A stretch of DNA of 62,773 nucleotides from IMG/VR virus record IMGVR_UViG_3300025168_000084, positions 1-62,773 of that record; one strand, given 5' to 3'. The translations under genes and the position numbers were made by a program. Source of the stretch: a virus (taxonomy: Duplodnaviria > Caudoviricetes). This document shows, piece after piece, positions 58,392 through 62,773 of the stretch (positions within the stretch are counted from its first letter, which is position 1; the number at the start of each line of letters is the position of its first letter). The notes below the pieces were generated by a model. The model saw nothing but the letters and a program-made list of their open reading frames with translations, had not been told where the DNA came from and ran no database searches.

Positions 58392-60182
58392 ATGGAAAAT
58401 GACATATTTTTCAACCAATTTGTGACAAAATCATTACATCCTATTGACGGTGCTCAAAGATTCTTTGAAGGCTATCTTACTGTTCAGGTCAAAGACAAGC
58501 AAGGAGAGATTACAATAGTTGATGAATTGATCAAGGTTCTTCCAATCTGGATGGACAGAGGAGCACCAATTAGTGATACTCACAGTAACAGAATTATAGG
58601 CAAAGGTATCAGTTATGCTAAAACAATTTATAAAAGTGCAGAAGGAATTGAATACCCTGCAATTAAAATTACAGGTAAAATACACAAAGACTATCATTTA
58701 GACAATGAAATTTGGGATAAAATTAAATCAGGAGAGTACAAAGGACTGTCATTTGGGGGGGCTACTAAAGCAAACAGAACACCAAAAGTCATGAAAGACG
58801 GTAGTGTTGCATATGAATTAAAATCATTAGAGCATTATGAGGTCGCTGTTTGCAAAGATCCAGCAGTCCCATTGGCTCTAATTACTGATTATAATCCACT
58901 TGCAAAGGCAATTACCGACAATGTTGAAAGACGAGAAGACGGTAAAATGGTGATTAAATGTGATAAATTTGGTTGTACTGTCAATAAAGACTCATTAATA
59001 AAAGTAGAAGATGAAGATGATGATAATACTGAAGTTGAGGTTTTAGACGAATGGAAGAATGATGATAATGATAACGGTGAAGAAAAGAAAAAAGGTGAGG
59101 ACTTTTCAAACGCAGATGGTGACAAACATGGAGCATATAATCAAAATGTTTCACCTGAAAAATCATCAAACAGGGAATCAAGTCCAGTAGACGATGATGA
59201 TGATGTAGAAATTAAAGCACATGAGAAGGAAAAAGATAAGAAAAAAGCAAAAGGAGATTATTGTCCACATTGTGGAGACAATAAGAAAGAAAATGACAGT
59301 ATATCTATAGGAGGTGCATGTCCTAATTGTGGTCATGGATTTGAAGATAAGAAAAAAGATGCAAATCTGCACTATGGTGGAGTAAGACATAGTGGTAAAG
59401 AATATGATACTAATAATGAATCAACACAAGTTACAGAGGTAAAAGAGAATAAGGAAGAAGAAAAAGAGGAAGATGATGATAAGAAAAAATCAGGCTATCA
59501 AACAGAAGATGGAAATCAACAGGCTGGTGGTCAAGGATCAACAAAAGACGACACATATAAAAATAGCGAAAACTATATAAACTCGGAGAATGAAGATTCT
59601 GATAAGGATATGGACAAAGATACTTCCAACAATCACTCTGAAGAAGAACAATCTTCCGAAGAAGAAAAAGACGACGAAGTTGAAAAATCTGACTTCCAAG
59701 AAGCAATCAAATCCAACATCAGTACATTAACTGACGTTATAAAGTCACTCGCAGAAACTCAAAAAGACGTTAGTTCTACATTAGTAGGTATTGATGATAG
59801 ATTGAAAGCATTGGAAACCCCAACTGATTTACCGTTGAAGCCACAAACTTCAGCAAGTGAAGACGTAGGTGCAAAGGTTACAGTCCCAGATACTTATCAA
59901 GCTAACTCTGTGCAAGCAGGCTTAGACGATGATAAACATGCTGAAGACAAACCTGAAACCGATCCATCTGGATTGAAAATGCAAGAGAAATCAAACTTTG
60001 ACTTTACTACCGAGACTCCAAGACCTAATGCAGCAATCGAAACAATCAACAAATCAGCAGAAACTGATATGTCATTTGTTTTGAAAGATGCAAGAGAAGG
60101 TGGAAATCTAAGTGTAGTAGCAAGAAACATTCTAGCTGGAAAATATTATACTCCAACACCTGACGAAGTAGGAACATACTAA
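58392..60182 (+). CDS. Prohead (maturation) protease fused to scaffold
   Basis: HK97-like protease motifs DKQGE, DTHSN..IG, W.KIKSGEYKGLSFGG and EVAVC..PA.P.A; acidic linker and coiled-coil C-terminus. Confidence 0.85.
   Translation: MENDIFFNQFVTKSLHPIDGAQRFFEGYLTVQVKDKQGEITIVDELIKVLPIWMDRGAPISDTHSNRIIGKGISYAKTIYKSAEGIEYPAIKITGKIHKDYHLDNEIWDKIKSGEYKGLSFGGATKANRTPKVMKDGSVAYELKSLEHYEVAVCKDPAVPLALITDYNPLAKAITDNVERREDGKMVIKCDKFGCTVNKDSLIKVEDEDDDNTEVEVLDEWKNDDNDNGEEKKKGEDFSNADGDKHGAYNQNVSPEKSSNRESSPVDDDDDVEIKAHEKEKDKKKAKGDYCPHCGDNKKENDSISIGGACPNCGHGFEDKKKDANLHYGGVRHSGKEYDTNNESTQVTEVKENKEEEKEEDDDKKKSGYQTEDGNQQAGGQGSTKDDTYKNSENYINSENEDSDKDMDKDTSNNHSEEEQSSEEEKDDEVEKSDFQEAIKSNISTLTDVIKSLAETQKDVSSTLVGIDDRLKALETPTDLPLKPQTSASEDVGAKVTVPDTYQANSVQAGLDDDKHAEDKPETDPSGLKMQEKSNFDFTTETPRPNAAIETINKSAETDMSFVLKDAREGGNLSVVARNILAGKYYTPTPDEVGTY
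59566..59612 (+). promoter_or_regulatory. Internal BRE-TATA promoter and in-frame ATG for a nested scaffold protein
   Basis: GCGAAAACTATATAAA at 59566-59581; in-frame ATG 59610 gives a 190-aa acidic/coiled-coil product. Confidence 0.55.
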
Positions 60183-60183
60183 A

Positions 60184-61401
60184 ATGACTCAAATCAGAAC
60201 AATCGATGAGCTTGAGGCACAATATTATGGACACAATCGTAACCTTCTTAGAAAGGCTGATGCCCCATCAACAACCAGCACTGCTGGTATGTTTAACGCC
60301 ATTTTTGGTGCTTATGCATGGGCTCAACTGAATCTTGAAGCAAACGCATTCGGCATACTCCCAAAATACCCTTGGGATAAATCTGGATGGAGGGTTATTA
60401 CTGCAAAACCAACTTTGAATACCAACAATGCTAACACAGCATTAGGTGGTACTACAGAAGGTGGTTTAATTGCTGAAACAATCAAACCAACAGTCGCAGA
60501 ATTAGATGTCAAACCAAAAACTGCTCAGTTGCCTTTCAGTGCATCTGAAGTTATGGAATGGCTATCAACTCATTCTAAAGACGACATTTGGGGTGGACTT
60601 GGTTCACTAAGATTGTACATGGCAGTACAACACAAAGAGTTCATTAATAGAATGCTTTTGGCAGATGTTGAAAGCGATGCAGCAGCATCAAGTGGAGCTC
60701 ATACTGGTACAAAAGACTTTGAATCTCTTGATAGAATCGTATCAAGTGATGCAGAGGAAGATGCACTAGGTGGTTCACACAGTGGTTTTTATGACTGCTG
60801 GGCTGCTGATGCTACCGTTGACAGAGATGGAAACGGTGGAGAATTTGACTGTACAGTAGAATCTGCTTCTGGTACTATCGGTACTGACGGTGTATTGACT
60901 GACGATGTTCTAAGAACTTTCTTACGAAAGATTAGAATCGCAGCAGGTAAAGATCCAAATGTATTCCTAGGCTCCCATGAAGTCTACTCTGAGATACAAG
61001 GCTTATACATGCCAAGTGTCCGTATTGCAAACCCATACGGTGAGCAATTAGTTCAAGTAGACGTAAACGGTATCCAAACCTTTAAAGGTACAGGTACTGG
61101 TATTCATGTCGACTCTATCTATGGAATTCCATTCATTCCAACAAAAGATGCCCCATCTGGTGGTGGCTCTGAAATTGGAAGACTATTTGCATTAGATACA
61201 TCTGATGCAGAAGGTTATGGATATCCAAGAATTGGAATTCAAGTGGCTATACCAACCGAGTATTATGAAGCAACTAGAAGATCTGCTGGTTATCCATTCG
61301 TGAACAATGCTTTCGTTGAGAAAGGTGTGTTCAGAACAATGGGTGAGACAGTTTGTCGCCATTTCAAATCACAAGGTAAAATTAGAGACATTAAACTCTA
61401 G
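60184..61401 (+). CDS. Major capsid protein (HK97 fold)
   Basis: 405 aa directly after the protease/scaffold; NAFGILPK.PW..SGWRV, DFESLDRIV and IYGIPFI; T-rich terminator downstream. Confidence 0.88.
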   Translation: MTQIRTIDELEAQYYGHNRNLLRKADAPSTTSTAGMFNAIFGAYAWAQLNLEANAFGILPKYPWDKSGWRVITAKPTLNTNNANTALGGTTEGGLIAETIKPTVAELDVKPKTAQLPFSASEVMEWLSTHSKDDIWGGLGSLRLYMAVQHKEFINRMLLADVESDAAASSGAHTGTKDFESLDRIVSSDAEEDALGGSHSGFYDCWAADATVDRDGNGGEFDCTVESASGTIGTDGVLTDDVLRTFLRKIRIAAGKDPNVFLGSHEVYSEIQGLYMPSVRIANPYGEQLVQVDVNGIQTFKGTGTGIHVDSIYGIPFIPTKDAPSGGGSEIGRLFALDTSDAEGYGYPRIGIQVAIPTEYYEATRRSAGYPFVNNAFVEKGVFRTMGETVCRHFKSQGKIRDIKL

Positions 61402-61414
61402 TCATACCACTCCC

Positions 61415-61438
61415 TTTTTTACACCTTTTTTTTATTTT
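61415..61438 (+). terminator. Oligo-T archaeal terminator after the capsid gene
   Basis: tttttt…tttttttt-a-tttt directly downstream of the stop. Confidence 0.55.
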
Positions 61439-61478
61439 AATAAAGAATATTTTTATAGTATAATTTTATTATTTAAAC

Positions 61479-62270
61479 ATGAAGATTGCTGTAGTCATAT
61501 TAATATCTATGATTTTATGCATGAATATACCTTTAAACTCATTTGCAGAAACAGAGGAATATAGTTTGTATGATACATTAAAACTAAGATTTAATACTAA
61601 TCCTAACGTTTGTTTGTTTGAGGTTAATCCTGAAATATATGATGACTGGTACACTTTAAAATATACAACAGTATCTGCAATAGAAGAATGGATAGACAAG
61701 TTAGAATATGTATATCCTAATGGAGACTGGAGTATGGATATTAAGACTGTATCTTGGGAAGATCATAAAACTGCAATACCAAGTGATTATCCTGAATGTA
61801 ATATTATGATAAACTATGAAAAATCATCAGGTGGAACTGCTTTGGGTACAACAGGTTTGTTTTTCAATCATTCTTGGCACAAGTATATGTTCATTAATGT
61901 ATTTTTAGAAAGTTCAAAAAATATAACTAAAATTGTTTTGGGAGATGAAATAACTAAAACAACAGTTGAAAAAATGGAACAAAACTATCCGTTACCAAGA
62001 AGTACCATTAAAAACATAGTATTACATGAATTTGGTCATGGTTTGGGGTTAGGTCATTATGAATCATCTGAACCACTTCATTCTTACCTAAAATCTTCAA
62101 TGGCACCTTCAATAAATCCGTTTGATGAAACACAAATTTTATCCGTAACATATTTGGATTTGGCTATGATTGGACTGATTTATGGTGAGAATGGATGGAA
62201 ATCCCCTTCACCAGTATATCATATAGATGGATGCCATATAATAGATATGTATCAATTCAAATGTTTTTAA
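61479..62270 (+). CDS. Secreted metzincin (matrixin/M10-like) metalloprotease
   Basis: Signal peptide MKIAVVILISMILC…SFA; HEFGHGLGLGH and Met-turn SSMAP. Confidence 0.85.
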   Translation: MKIAVVILISMILCMNIPLNSFAETEEYSLYDTLKLRFNTNPNVCLFEVNPEIYDDWYTLKYTTVSAIEEWIDKLEYVYPNGDWSMDIKTVSWEDHKTAIPSDYPECNIMINYEKSSGGTALGTTGLFFNHSWHKYMFINVFLESSKNITKIVLGDEITKTTVEKMEQNYPLPRSTIKNIVLHEFGHGLGLGHYESSEPLHSYLKSSMAPSINPFDETQILSVTYLDLAMIGLIYGENGWKSPSPVYHIDGCHIIDMYQFKCF

Positions 62271-62307
62271 AATGTAACTTTATATATTAGTGGTTTTTAT
62301 ATAATTT

Positions 62308-62700
62308 ATGGCAATAACTATAGCACAAAATGCCGACCATAAAAGTCTTACAGGAAAGACACTATCCATTCAAAGCGAACTTACATCAAAGTTGAAATCC
62401 ACCATTGTTGACGTAACATACGGTGGTTCTGACACATACGCTACTAATGGTAATACTGTCGATCTATCCCTTGGTGGTAGAATTAGTACTGTTATTGGAG
62501 CAGAAATACTTCATTGTAACAAAGGACTACTTTTACAATATGCACCAGCAGCAGCAGGTGCAGCAGCAACAGGGAAAATTAAAGCCTTTGGTCATACTCC
62601 AACAAGCTCTACAGCAACAGTTGTAGCCCTTGAGGAATTAGATGCATCAGATACAGCAGTCAATTCAATGACTATTCGTATTAGAGTAATCGGTTTCTAG
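62308..62700 (+). CDS. Putative capsid decoration/minor head protein
   Basis: 130-aa Ala/Thr-rich beta protein (Y.TNG..VDL…) following the capsid gene; own TATA at 62279. Confidence 0.55.
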   Translation: MAITIAQNADHKSLTGKTLSIQSELTSKLKSTIVDVTYGGSDTYATNGNTVDLSLGGRISTVIGAEILHCNKGLLLQYAPAAAGAAATGKIKAFGHTPTSSTATVVALEELDASDTAVNSMTIRIRVIGF

Positions 62701-62773
62701 ACTAAGATCTAGTCATATTTTTTTTCTTAATAATGTTTATATATGACCGATAATATCAATTATTATGACTTAT
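62622..62773. repeat. Terminal direct repeat, right copy
   Basis: Matches 1..152 with two synonymous differences. Confidence 0.97.

Noticed and set aside
617-62626. Many 60-160-aa ORFs antisense to or out of frame within large genes (e.g. 13743-14129, 18685-19167, 32693-33157, 41306-41791, 54127-54471)
   Set aside because: They are shadow ORFs of well-supported genes, with mirror-biased composition and no promoter or coupling signals.
1-62773. Provirus or host chromosomal DNA; amoC or other nitrification genes
   Set aside because: The ends overlap within a virion gene, and I recognised no integrase, att-tRNA, host housekeeping genes or amo genes.

Overview
The window is an apparently complete, circularly permuted genome (about 62,621 bp unique, plus a 152-bp terminal overlap) of a tailed archaeal virus with siphovirus-type morphogenesis genes (Caudoviricetes). 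Archaeal signatures are an MCM helicase, RadA, an archaeal-type RNase HI, a Cas4-like nuclease, and TATA boxes about 29-32 nt upstream of most operon-leading start codons (leaderless-type promoters). Low GC, a Nitrosopumilus-style secreted metalloprotease and three copies of a small Cys-rich family I associate with Nitrososphaeria suggest a marine ammonia-oxidising archaeal host; this is inference, not a database result. Layout: portal (54-56 kb), prohead protease/scaffold, HK97-type capsid, neck, tail tube, frameshifted tail chaperones, tape measure, tail tip, a modular adhesin cassette (9-20 kb), Cas4-like/terminase, three large low-complexity proteins punctuated by recurring Lys-flanked motifs (22.7-27.1 kb), a replication/recombination block without a polymerase (27-36 kb), a leftward accessory/early region (36.6-51 kb: MoxR-vWA pair, two methyltransferase-like genes, amidoligase plus glutamine amidotransferase, DenV-like glycosylase, many Zn-finger microproteins) and a divergent control region (51.0-52.1 kb). 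I found no integrase, DNA polymerase, tRNA or CRISPR array. The strongest leads are: (1) putative protease-processed internal virion polyproteins; (2) a short adhesin scaffold into which large domains are inserted, once split across two genes; (3) two promoter-driven small structured RNAs at 36.2 kb; (4) the control region, with an 18-bp inverted repeat, tandem promoter repeats and a four-tract G-quadruplex motif; (5) an amidoligase/GATase/GGCT set; and (6) an internal promoter for a nested scaffold protein. All functional calls come from motif recognition by eye; no searches were run.
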